A stretch of DNA of 64,000 nucleotides from positions 288,001 through 352,000 of the forward strand of contig OY761611.1 of the NCBI GenBank assembly GCA_963664875.1, in the 5' to 3' direction. Under the pieces are notes generated by a model. It worked only from the letters and a program-made list of their open reading frames with translations. It was not told the origin of the DNA and did not search any database. This DNA is from Candidatus Kapaibacterium sp. GTDB taxonomy: Bacteria > Bacteroidota > Ignavibacteria > Kapaibacteriales > UBA2268. Positions 18,316-26,761 of the stretch are shown piece after piece (the first letter of the stretch is position 1; each line of letters begins with the position of its first letter). A program made the position numbers and the translations under genes.

Positions 18316-20850
18316 CTAATCTATAGATTTTATAATTTTTATTTTCAATTCTGCATTGCTGTTAGGCTGTCTTTTTATAGGTAACTCGACGTAACCACCA
18401 GTCAGCCAAAGCTGTACTTGATTCCTGTAATTAGGATTCATTGCATCGCCGGATACACCTCCGGGTAAAGAAATATATAAAACAGAATCCTGCATGTTGG
18501 CGACAAGTCTTGCAGAGGCACCAACACGAACTGAGAAAGACTCATAAATCGGATATTCAGTATTATTGATAGTAGTATTATTTCCACCAACCTCAAACTC
18601 TCCTAATGTAACTGAAGGGCGTAGAAAATCAATCTCACTAAAAGGATGTTCTAATGTAAGTTTATGCAATTTGCCCCACCGCCAGGTTTTGCGGTTATTG
18701 CCATGATTGGTTTTCAGCATTTTAACAGCATCTTTAAAGCTTTTTAGTACAATATAGATTTTTGATTCTCTATTGTTGCGGGTGAGGATATTGTCAAATA
18801 TAGAGTTATTGTCCTGCAACAATAGCTCTAAAATCTTGCGTGTCGGAATATTGGAAATAAAAACATATTGCTTATACAAATCTATTCCAAGTTCGTCAGC
18901 AAATGTATTGAATACAATTTTCTGGAAAAATACATTAAATACAGCTGCTTCGTGGGATAGTGAACTTAGCAGGTAGTCCCATTCTTCCAAATCTTTTAAA
19001 CATTTTATCTCTAATGAATCTAAAAGATGACTTTGGCTTTTTACAATGGGCAATGTAAGTTTCAAAAATTGTTTTGCGTAAGGGGAAACGTAATCATTTT
19101 GAATAAACTGAATATCTCTTGTGCTAAATTCAAGCGGTTCATTTAATAAAGCATCAATTCTTCTGGCGCGTGATGCCGGTTCCCAATGCGAACCAATATG
19201 CTCGGGAAAAGATCTATCTAGCTTGTTATTTGCCGAGAAGACATATTTTTTTTCAGGATTATAAATACAAGGCAAATTAGTTTTTGTGTAAGCCGAAGAC
19301 CAATCTAACTCATTATCCCAAGTTGGATTAGGTATATTGGGATTAGTTTTGTTTCTACCCGGAATTTTGGCGAATGGTACTATCCCGATATTACCTTTTT
19401 TGTCTGAGTAAGTAATATTTAGAGCAGGTAGAGTCCAAGTTTTAGTTGCATTTTTAAAAGTATTCCAATCTTTAGCTTTGTTAATTTGATATAGGCTTAA
19501 GATTTCGTCAGAGCTTGCATGGGCAAGCCATTTATAGGTCAATACATATTTTGAAAGGAGATCATTCTTATAATTATCAGTAAAAGGAAGTAAACTGTTT
19601 TTACCTTTCCACAAATGATAGTCTGACATTACAGCAGATTTATTGGTATAGCGTCTGTAATAAATTTTATTATCAGCATTACTTATCTTTATTGTATCTA
19701 AAACATACTCGAAATCTACGTATTTATTATCTCTATTAGAATAATATTTTTTTCCTGTTTCATTTACTTTTTCTATAAAAAAGTCACAATCGTCCAGCAT
19801 AAGATTTGTAATACCCCATGCGATATCGTCATTTCTTCCCGACAAAATCAAAGGAATACCGGGAAGCGAAAGACCTGTAGCATTGTAGCTATTCGAAGAT
19901 AGGTGAATAGGATACCATTTGGGAGGTAAGGAAAGCAAAAGATGTGGATCGTTTGCCATAATTGTATTATTGTTTTTTGGATCTGTTTTGCTGGCTCTAA
20001 CAGCCCATGAATTACTGCCAAATGAACCTGAGGAATAACCTAATTTCTCTCTGATTGTAAGCAATTCAGGTATAAAATTGGAAATAAAGTTACCTGTACC
20101 CAGACGATTTTTTGCAGTAATACTATCAGATACATTAGTATCAATCGAATCTAAATCAGACTTTGCTGCAGTCTGATCAGTAACAAAAGGAGCAGACCAA
20201 GGGTATTCCGGCAAATAATTACTCAATGACTCTATTCCGTATTTTTCTGCAATACTTCCAAAAGTAGGATCTAACCAAAAACTAAAGGACATCTCAAAGG
20301 TAAGTGCCTTGGAAATTAAAATGCAGTCTGTAGCTTGCCATTCTTCAGGTAAATAATTGAGTGCTCCGAACTCGAAAGAAAACTTGGTCTTATTATTTCG
20401 GATAAATTGATTGACACCTGCACTGTATGCTTCTAAAATACTCTTAGATTTTTTACTGAGTTGTTCAAATATTTTTCGAGAAGAATCTTTCAAATCAAGC
20501 GAGCGCATAAAAAAATCAACGTCTAAGGTTCGCTCTCCAAATATTTCCGAAAGCCTGCCTGTCGCTAAACGTCTTGTATAGTCCATTTGCCATAAACGGT
20601 CTTGCGCATGAAGATACCCTTGTGCAAAAAACAAATCAGACTCATATTTAGTCACAACATGAGCTATTCCATAAAAATCTTTATAGATTTCAATATCGTT
20701 TCTAATTTCAGAGTTTTCTTCTTCGTAATAGTCTTCAGATACAGATACTGTTGTAAGCCATACTGAAAAAGAAAAAACTGCCAGGAATATAACTACAAGT
20801 GTTAGCAGTAAAACAGTTAAGTTCCTCAATAATTTTGAACTTATAACCAT
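18316..20850 (-). CDS. Penicillin acylase-family Ntn hydrolase, membrane-anchored
   Basis: DFYGIAH, FAQGYLHAQDRLWQMD, GSNSW (beta-chain Ser), ANDPHL, AWGITN, SANN, PGGVSG. Probable start ATG 20850 (MVISSK). Confidence 0.93.
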   Translation of the reverse strand: MVISSKLLRNLTVLLLTLVVIFLAVFSFSVWLTTVSVSEDYYEEENSEIRNDIEIYKDFYGIAHVVTKYESDLFFAQGYLHAQDRLWQMDYTRRLATGRLSEIFGERTLDVDFFMRSLDLKDSSRKIFEQLSKKSKSILEAYSAGVNQFIRNNKTKFSFEFGALNYLPEEWQATDCILISKALTFEMSFSFWLDPTFGSIAEKYGIESLSNYLPEYPWSAPFVTDQTAAKSDLDSIDTNVSDSITAKNRLGTGNFISNFIPELLTIREKLGYSSGSFGSNSWAVRASKTDPKNNNTIMANDPHLLLSLPPKWYPIHLSSNSYNATGLSLPGIPLILSGRNDDIAWGITNLMLDDCDFFIEKVNETGKKYYSNRDNKYVDFEYVLDTIKISNADNKIYYRRYTNKSAVMSDYHLWKGKNSLLPFTDNYKNDLLSKYVLTYKWLAHASSDEILSLYQINKAKDWNTFKNATKTWTLPALNITYSDKKGNIGIVPFAKIPGRNKTNPNIPNPTWDNELDWSSAYTKTNLPCIYNPEKKYVFSANNKLDRSFPEHIGSHWEPASRARRIDALLNEPLEFSTRDIQFIQNDYVSPYAKQFLKLTLPIVKSQSHLLDSLEIKCLKDLEEWDYLLSSLSHEAAVFNVFFQKIVFNTFADELGIDLYKQYVFISNIPTRKILELLLQDNNSIFDNILTRNNRESKIYIVLKSFKDAVKMLKTNHGNNRKTWRWGKLHKLTLEHPFSEIDFLRPSVTLGEFEVGGNNTTINNTEYPIYESFSVRVGASARLVANMQDSVLYISLPGGVSGDAMNPNYRNQVQLWLTGGYVELPIKRQPNSNAELKIKIIKSID

Positions 20851-21824
20851 TTGTTCTCCTGATACCATTTGACTGTATCTTTTATCCCATCTTCTAATGA
20901 CATTTTCTGTGTATAACCGAAATCTTTTTTTGCTTTATCTACTGAGCAAGTCCAATAGCTTTGTATGAAATCTATTCCTTTTTCGTAGTTAAAAACAGGA
21001 GGCTTTTTAGAAAACTTCCCAAAAAATTCGGATACTCCTGCTAATCCCAAAACGACAGCATGGGGAATTTTTAGTTTTACAATATTCTTTCCAAAAGCTT
21101 TTCCAATTTCAGGAATGACTTTATCCCATGTATAAAATTCTTCAGAAGAGATGAAGTATGTTTCGTCTATTGTGTTACTACTCTCTGCAGCTTCTATCAT
21201 GCCACGCGTCAAATCATCAGAATGAATAAGGCTTACGTACTTTTTGTCGAAACCGATTAGAGTACCCAATCCATATTTCGCAATTTTAAAAATATCAAAT
21301 ATTGCAGTGTCTCGAGGTCCAAATACCGCAGGAGCTCTAACTATTGTATAAGGTATTTTACCTTTGAATTTGTGAACTTCGTCTTCTGCAGCCTTTTTAC
21401 TATTTCCGTAAGATGTAAGCGGTTTTGGAGGCATATCTTCAGTTTTAGGATTTTCCAAAGCATCAGAAGGCCCGGCAACAGTTTGCGAACTCACATGTAA
21501 AAATCTGGATATTTTTGTTTGTGTTTCTTCTATCGCTTCAAGCAAATTACGCGTACCGTCTCTATTGCCTTTTAGAAACTCATCATAGTTTTTCGCGAAT
21601 GTTAAACCTGCCACATGGAAAACAATGTCAATATCTTTTAGTGCAGATTTTAGACTTTCTTTATCATCCAAAGATGCGTTTACAAGCTCTATTGGTTTGT
21701 TTTCAAGCCAACGCAAATTACTCGATTTTCTTACGATGCAGCGTACTTCATATCCTTTGCTTAATAATTTGTCAGCAACATGGCTGCCGATAAATCCGGT
21801 GGCTCCTGTGACTAAAGCTTTCAT
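20841..21824 (-). CDS. NAD-dependent epimerase/dehydratase (extended SDR)
   Basis: TGATGFIG, HVAG, VSS, YGNSK (YxxxK), VFGPRD. Confidence 0.92.
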   Translation of the reverse strand: MKALVTGATGFIGSHVADKLLSKGYEVRCIVRKSSNLRWLENKPIELVNASLDDKESLKSALKDIDIVFHVAGLTFAKNYDEFLKGNRDGTRNLLEAIEETQTKISRFLHVSSQTVAGPSDALENPKTEDMPPKPLTSYGNSKKAAEDEVHKFKGKIPYTIVRAPAVFGPRDTAIFDIFKIAKYGLGTLIGFDKKYVSLIHSDDLTRGMIEAAESSNTIDETYFISSEEFYTWDKVIPEIGKAFGKNIVKLKIPHAVVLGLAGVSEFFGKFSKKPPVFNYEKGIDFIQSYWTCSVDKAKKDFGYTQKMSLEDGIKDTVKWYQENKWL

Positions 21825-21857
21825 TTTCTTTCCGATGAATGATAAAAAAGTTTATAG

Positions 21858-21889
21858 CAAAAATAGCTTAAACAGATTGGACAAACAAA
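21858..21889 (-). promoter_or_regulatory. Bacteroidota-type primary-sigma promoter (-33/-7) for the epimerase-acylase operon
   Basis: Minus strand TTTG (21889-21886), 20-nt spacer, TATTTTTG (21865-21858), 33 nt upstream of the ATG. Confidence 0.65.
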
Positions 21890-22084
21890 TCAAAACAAAA
21901 CTAATACATAGTCAAATTAACAAAAAATATAAGAGAAAAACACGCAATTTTGATTAGTTAATATGCTTTCCAAGTAATATATTAGATTTCAGGAAAAAAA
22001 GAATTTTTTGTGTAGATTATTAAACTAATTATCATATCTTATCGTAAATCATTGAGACAATAAAATACAATCTTTGAGGTATAG

Positions 22085-24592
22085 ATGAAAAAAGCAGTTA
22101 TCATGGCAGGCGGATTTGGTACACGTTTGCGACCACTCACTATGACAATCCCTAAACCTATGGTACCAATTATAAATATTCCTATGATGGAACATATTGT
22201 CAATTTGCTAAAAAATCATGGGATAACAGAAATAGTATCACTGCTTTATTTTCAACCGGATAAGATAACAGACTATTTCGAGAATGGTTCACGTTTCGGG
22301 ATTAGCATGAACTATGTAGCTGCTCAAGCCGATTATGGTACTGCAGGCAGCGTAAAAAATGCTTATGAATACCTTAATGAGAGATTTATTATCATCAGTG
22401 GTGATGTACTAACTGATTTTGATCTCGATAAGGCTATCAAATTCCATGAAGAAAAACAATCGAAAGCAACTCTCTTGTTGACAAGAGTTGAAAGACCTTT
22501 GCAATATGGTATTGTTATGACTGACGATGATGGCAGAATTACAAGATTTTTGGAGAAACCATCTTGGGGTCAGGTATTTTCTGATACAATAAATACAGGT
22601 ATTTACATTATCGAACCAGAAGTTCTTGACTTAATACCTTATCAGGAAGATTTTGATTTTAGTAAAGATTTATTCCCAATGATGCTTTCCAAAAACATGC
22701 CTCTTTTTGGATATATCACCGAAGGGTACTGGAAAGATGTGGGTAATCTGAACGAATATCAGGCTGGTCAGGCTGACGCTCTTGCAGGAAAATTGAATTT
22801 ATCTGTCAGTGGTTACAAAATTGGTGAAAGCAAGGTCCACGAAACAGCTTATATAGCACCTTCTGCAAGACTTGAAGGGAATAATGTTATTGGTAAGAAT
22901 GTAAAAATCAGTGAAGAAGCAATTTTAAGAAACAGCGTCATTGGAGATAATTCTGAAATAGGCAGAGGCAGCATTCTTACAAATGTAACCTTGTGGGATA
23001 GTGTGAAGATTGGTGATTTTTGCGAGATTACTGATGATGTGATATGTGACGGTACTCAAATAGGTGATGCTGTAACCATATCTGAAAATGTATTCATTGC
23101 TGAGGATTGTCAAATAGAAGACTCTGCAACACTAAATTCAAATATTAAGTTGTGGCCCGGTAAAAAGGTAGAATCCGGGGCGTTCTTGGCTACTTCCATG
23201 GTGCAAGAGCAAAAGTGGTTGAAAGAGCTTTTTACCGACGCACGTATCTCAGGTGCTTCTAATATTGAAATCAATCCGGAATTTGGAGCAAAACTTGGCT
23301 CTGCTCTCGGACTCACTTTAGGTAAAAAAGCAAACATCCTAGTGAGTCGAGATGCACATAATGTTTCGAGAATTGTAAAACGCTCAATTTCTGCCGGTGC
23401 GGCATCCGTAGGTGTAAATATAAATGACCTTCAGGTTGTTTCTATTCCACAAACCAGACAGGAATTAAGAACAGGCAGATACGACGCAGGATTTCACGTA
23501 AGAAGATCTCCACGCAATCCGAATAATACCGATATTATCATATTTAATAAAGACGGACGGGATTTCTCTCTTGGGAACACACAAAAAGTTGAACGTTATT
23601 TCTTTGGAGAAGAAATCAAAAGAGTTGTGCCTGATGAAGTAGGAACAATAAAATATCCTGAAAGAGCCAATGAAATATATCTAAATAGATTCATTGAGTC
23701 ACTAAATGTAGATGAGATAAGAGAAAGACGATTCAGACTTATCATGGATTACTCATTTGGTTTGGCATCAACTATTTTGCCGAGTATTCTGGGTAAGCTG
23801 GGAGCTGAAGTCATTTCCCTAAATAACTATGTAGATTCTGCAAGATTCCATCCTGATCCGATAGAAGATGCTTCAGGCTCTGATGATACAGGCAAAATGA
23901 TGCGTTCATTAGGATATGATTTAGGTTTCCGAATAGAATCTGGTGCAGAAAAAATTTCTTTGATAGACGAAAGAGGAGTATGGTATTCTCACGATAGACT
24001 ACTGACTATAGTTACTAAACTATTCTTGGAAACACACAAAGATAGAGAACCTTACAAAATCGCTGTATCAATTTGTGCTTCCAAAGAAATAGATGAAGTT
24101 GCTAAAGATTACAATGTCGAAGTGATTAGGATTAAAAATTCTCACTCTGCAATGATGGATGCTACTTTGGACCCTGAAGTGATTTTTGTTGGTGGAGTTT
24201 ATGGTGGGTTTATCTTCAGAGGCTTTATTTTTGCTTCAGACGGTATGTTTACGGTTGGTCAAATTCTGGAAATGCTTGCTCAAACAAAATATAAAGTGTG
24301 GGAACTTGACGAGCTACTTCCTCGCAGAAGACAGCACACATTAGAAGTATCAGTAAATTGGAACGCAAAAGGAAGAGTTATGCGTAAAGCTATGGAGTTT
24401 ACTGAAAACCTGAGCCGCGAGCTCATTGAAGGTGTAAAAGTACACTATGATAATGGAGATTGCGTTCTTATGCTGCCTGCTAAAGAAAAGGGTGCTTTTA
24501 CAGTTATAGGGGAAAGCGAACAGTACGATCAAGCTATTGCTTTAGCCAAAAAGTATTCCAATCTTATCAATCAATGGAAAGAAGACTTGTAA
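22085..24592 (+). CDS. Sugar-1-phosphate (mannose-1-P guanylyl-like) nucleotidyltransferase fused to a beta-helix and phosphohexomutase-like domain
   Basis: MAGGFGTRLRPLT..PKP, GTAGSV, SGD, FLEKP, INTGIY, YWKDVG, hexapeptide repeats, then a PMM/PGM-like fold with altered motifs; GAGGT Shine-Dalgarno. Confidence 0.9.
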   Translation: MKKAVIMAGGFGTRLRPLTMTIPKPMVPIINIPMMEHIVNLLKNHGITEIVSLLYFQPDKITDYFENGSRFGISMNYVAAQADYGTAGSVKNAYEYLNERFIIISGDVLTDFDLDKAIKFHEEKQSKATLLLTRVERPLQYGIVMTDDDGRITRFLEKPSWGQVFSDTINTGIYIIEPEVLDLIPYQEDFDFSKDLFPMMLSKNMPLFGYITEGYWKDVGNLNEYQAGQADALAGKLNLSVSGYKIGESKVHETAYIAPSARLEGNNVIGKNVKISEEAILRNSVIGDNSEIGRGSILTNVTLWDSVKIGDFCEITDDVICDGTQIGDAVTISENVFIAEDCQIEDSATLNSNIKLWPGKKVESGAFLATSMVQEQKWLKELFTDARISGASNIEINPEFGAKLGSALGLTLGKKANILVSRDAHNVSRIVKRSISAGAASVGVNINDLQVVSIPQTRQELRTGRYDAGFHVRRSPRNPNNTDIIIFNKDGRDFSLGNTQKVERYFFGEEIKRVVPDEVGTIKYPERANEIYLNRFIESLNVDEIRERRFRLIMDYSFGLASTILPSILGKLGAEVISLNNYVDSARFHPDPIEDASGSDDTGKMMRSLGYDLGFRIESGAEKISLIDERGVWYSHDRLLTIVTKLFLETHKDREPYKIAVSICASKEIDEVAKDYNVEVIRIKNSHSAMMDATLDPEVIFVGGVYGGFIFRGFIFASDGMFTVGQILEMLAQTKYKVWELDELLPRRRQHTLEVSVNWNAKGRVMRKAMEFTENLSRELIEGVKVHYDNGDCVLMLPAKEKGAFTVIGESEQYDQAIALAKKYSNLINQWKEDL

Positions 24593-24638
24593 TTTTTGTG
24601 CATTTCTTTAAATAATTTAGTATTTTTGCTAAGCATTA

Positions 24639-24676
24639 ACCCGTTAGTGTAGTAGATACATTAACGGGTATATTTT
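24639..24676 (+). terminator. Strong hairpin: terminator of the upstream gene or leader structure of the PTS IIA gene
   Basis: 13-bp stem ACCCGTTAGTGTA / TACATTAACGGGT, loop GTAGA, followed by ATATTTT; preceded by TATTTTTG at 24621-24628. Confidence 0.55.
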
Positions 24677-24711
24677 AGCCTTATAGTTTGAAAATTCTTA
24701 CCGGATAAAAA

Positions 24712-25176
24712 ATGAAAATAACTGATATTTTAAACAAAGACACTCTTGATGTCAGAGTAAAAGCTGATAATAAAGATGAAGCTCTTAAAATCTTAGTAGA
24801 AGTTGCGGCAAAGTCCGGGAAGATAAATGATGTTGCGATAGCTCTTCAAGAAGTATTTGCAAGAGAAGATGTCATGTCCACCGGTGTCGGCAAAGGTATC
24901 GCTCTTCCTCACGCTAAAACAAATGCTGTCAAAGCTCAAATTGCTGCCTGTATCACTTTAGAAGAGCCTATTGATTTCGACGCTCTCGACGGGGAGCCTG
25001 TCGATATTCTTTTCCTTATTTTGGGTAGAGAAGATAATGTGGGAGCTCACTTGCGGATGTTAAGTAAAATATCTCGTTTAATGAACAACGACTCTTTTAG
25101 AGCACAGTTACTTTCAGCGAATTCGCCGGAACAGATGGAAAAGATATTTATGACAATGGATGAAGGTGAAAATTAG
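24712..25176 (+). CDS. PTS EIIA component (PtsN/fructose-mannitol type), stand-alone
   Basis: RE..MSTGVGKGIALPHA with phospho-His, IDFDALDGEPV, HLRMLSKISR. Confidence 0.92.
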   Translation: MKITDILNKDTLDVRVKADNKDEALKILVEVAAKSGKINDVAIALQEVFAREDVMSTGVGKGIALPHAKTNAVKAQIAACITLEEPIDFDALDGEPVDILFLILGREDNVGAHLRMLSKISRLMNNDSFRAQLLSANSPEQMEKIFMTMDEGEN

Positions 25177-25178
25177 TA

Positions 25179-25586
25179 ATGCGTCTAATTTTAGTTTTAA
25201 ATGGGTATGAGAATAACTATTTACAAGTGCATGGTTTTTCTAAAGAAGATACCAAAATATTGAAATTTGACGAAAAGAAACTTGCTGCACCTTCTGAAAT
25301 TATCAAAATGATAAATAACAATTCCGTTTCGGAATTCTATGTTGCTTCAAGAGAACTGGGGTTGCAAAGGTTTAAAACCTTTATAAAATTATATATTTTA
25401 TTGTCCAAAGCAAAATCCGGTGGCATTATAGACGAATACGGCAACAAAGATAGATATTCGCTATCTAAATTGATTGTCAATGAGTTGCCGATGTTATTTA
25501 TCGAGATTCTTGTAAGTGTTCTTGTTGTTGTATATTCTTATATTAAATTTCCTCTGATGAAATGGATACTCAAAAAGAAAATCTAA
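25179..25586 (+). CDS. Hypothetical protein with C-terminal hydrophobic helix
   Basis: 135 aa ORF in operon context, 2 nt after PTS IIA and overlapping the GT4 start; hydrophobic LFIEILVSVLVVVYSYI. Confidence 0.7.
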   Translation: MRLILVLNGYENNYLQVHGFSKEDTKILKFDEKKLAAPSEIIKMINNNSVSEFYVASRELGLQRFKTFIKLYILLSKAKSGGIIDEYGNKDRYSLSKLIVNELPMLFIEILVSVLVVVYSYIKFPLMKWILKKKI

Positions 25587-26761
25587 AAATTATGTTTTGG
25601 CGTACTGATTACTATGGAGCAATCACTGAAGGTGGAGTTGCTTCATTGCACTTAGGACTAATAAACGGCTTTAGAAAAATGGGACATTCATGCAGCTATG
25701 TTTCTTCAGGGCGAATGATTCTCCCAAATGATGTGAACTACCATTTTATACCTCACAATAAATTATTGCGAAACTTCCCTGAAATAATAAATTTGCCTTA
25801 TAACAATTCTTCTTTTAAAGCACTAGCAAAAATAATTGACAAAGAAAAACCTGACTTTATTTTGCAGCATAATCATGATTTTAACTATGGTGGTGCGCTT
25901 TTAAAGAAAAAGATAGGATTACCTCTGTTGTTACATTGCGATGGTGTTGAATATTGGATAAAGAAGAACTGGGGCAAACTTTACTTTGGCAAACTTCTAA
26001 AATGGGCAGAAGAAATGCAGTGGGATGCTGCAGACGCAATTTTTGTGCCTTCTCAAAACGTAAAAAAACAGATGGTCGAATTAGGTGTGGATTCTGAGAA
26101 AATTGTAGTAAATCCTAATGCAGTTGATCCTGATAACTTTTCACCAGAGATTGACGGGACTAAAATAAAAGCAAAATACAATTTGAAGAATAGATTTGTA
26201 TGCGGTTTTGTTGGTACATTTGGTCGTTGGCATGGAGTTGATTATTTAGCTGAATCGGTTAAGTGGTTGAAAAACAATATTCCTAATGCATTTGTATTGT
26301 TTGTAGGCGATGGTGAGTTACGACCTAAAATTGAAGAAATATTAGATAAATATGATCCAACAAGAGAGTACTCGCTTGTAACCGGTCTTGTGCCTTATAA
26401 AGAAGTGCCTGAGTATATGGCAGCGTGCGATGTGTTGCTGACACCATGCATAGGCAATGATGAAGGAACTGATTTTTTCAATAGTCCTATTAAGCTATTC
26501 GAATATATGGCAATGGAAAAGCCTGTAATCGCTACTAATATAGGCCAACAAGGTGAGATTTTCAGGGATAGAGATAATGGTATTTTGATTGATGAACGCA
26601 GCCCTGAGCAAATATATGAATCAATAAAGCTTTTATATGAAGATTCTGAGCTTGCTAAGTCTATAGCTAAAAACGCAAGGATAGAAGTCCTTCAAAAATA
26701 CGACTGGCGAGTAAACTGCCAAAGATTTTTGGATGCATATAACAAAACTAAAAATCAATAA
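25562..26761 (+). CDS. Glycosyltransferase family 4
   Basis: EGGVAS, VNPNAVD, FVGTF..WHG, VGDGELR, SPIKLFEYMAMEKPVI. Confidence 0.92.
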   Translation: MDTQKENLKIMFWRTDYYGAITEGGVASLHLGLINGFRKMGHSCSYVSSGRMILPNDVNYHFIPHNKLLRNFPEIINLPYNNSSFKALAKIIDKEKPDFILQHNHDFNYGGALLKKKIGLPLLLHCDGVEYWIKKNWGKLYFGKLLKWAEEMQWDAADAIFVPSQNVKKQMVELGVDSEKIVVNPNAVDPDNFSPEIDGTKIKAKYNLKNRFVCGFVGTFGRWHGVDYLAESVKWLKNNIPNAFVLFVGDGELRPKIEEILDKYDPTREYSLVTGLVPYKEVPEYMAACDVLLTPCIGNDEGTDFFNSPIKLFEYMAMEKPVIATNIGQQGEIFRDRDNGILIDERSPEQIYESIKLLYEDSELAKSIAKNARIEVLQKYDWRVNCQRFLDAYNKTKNQ

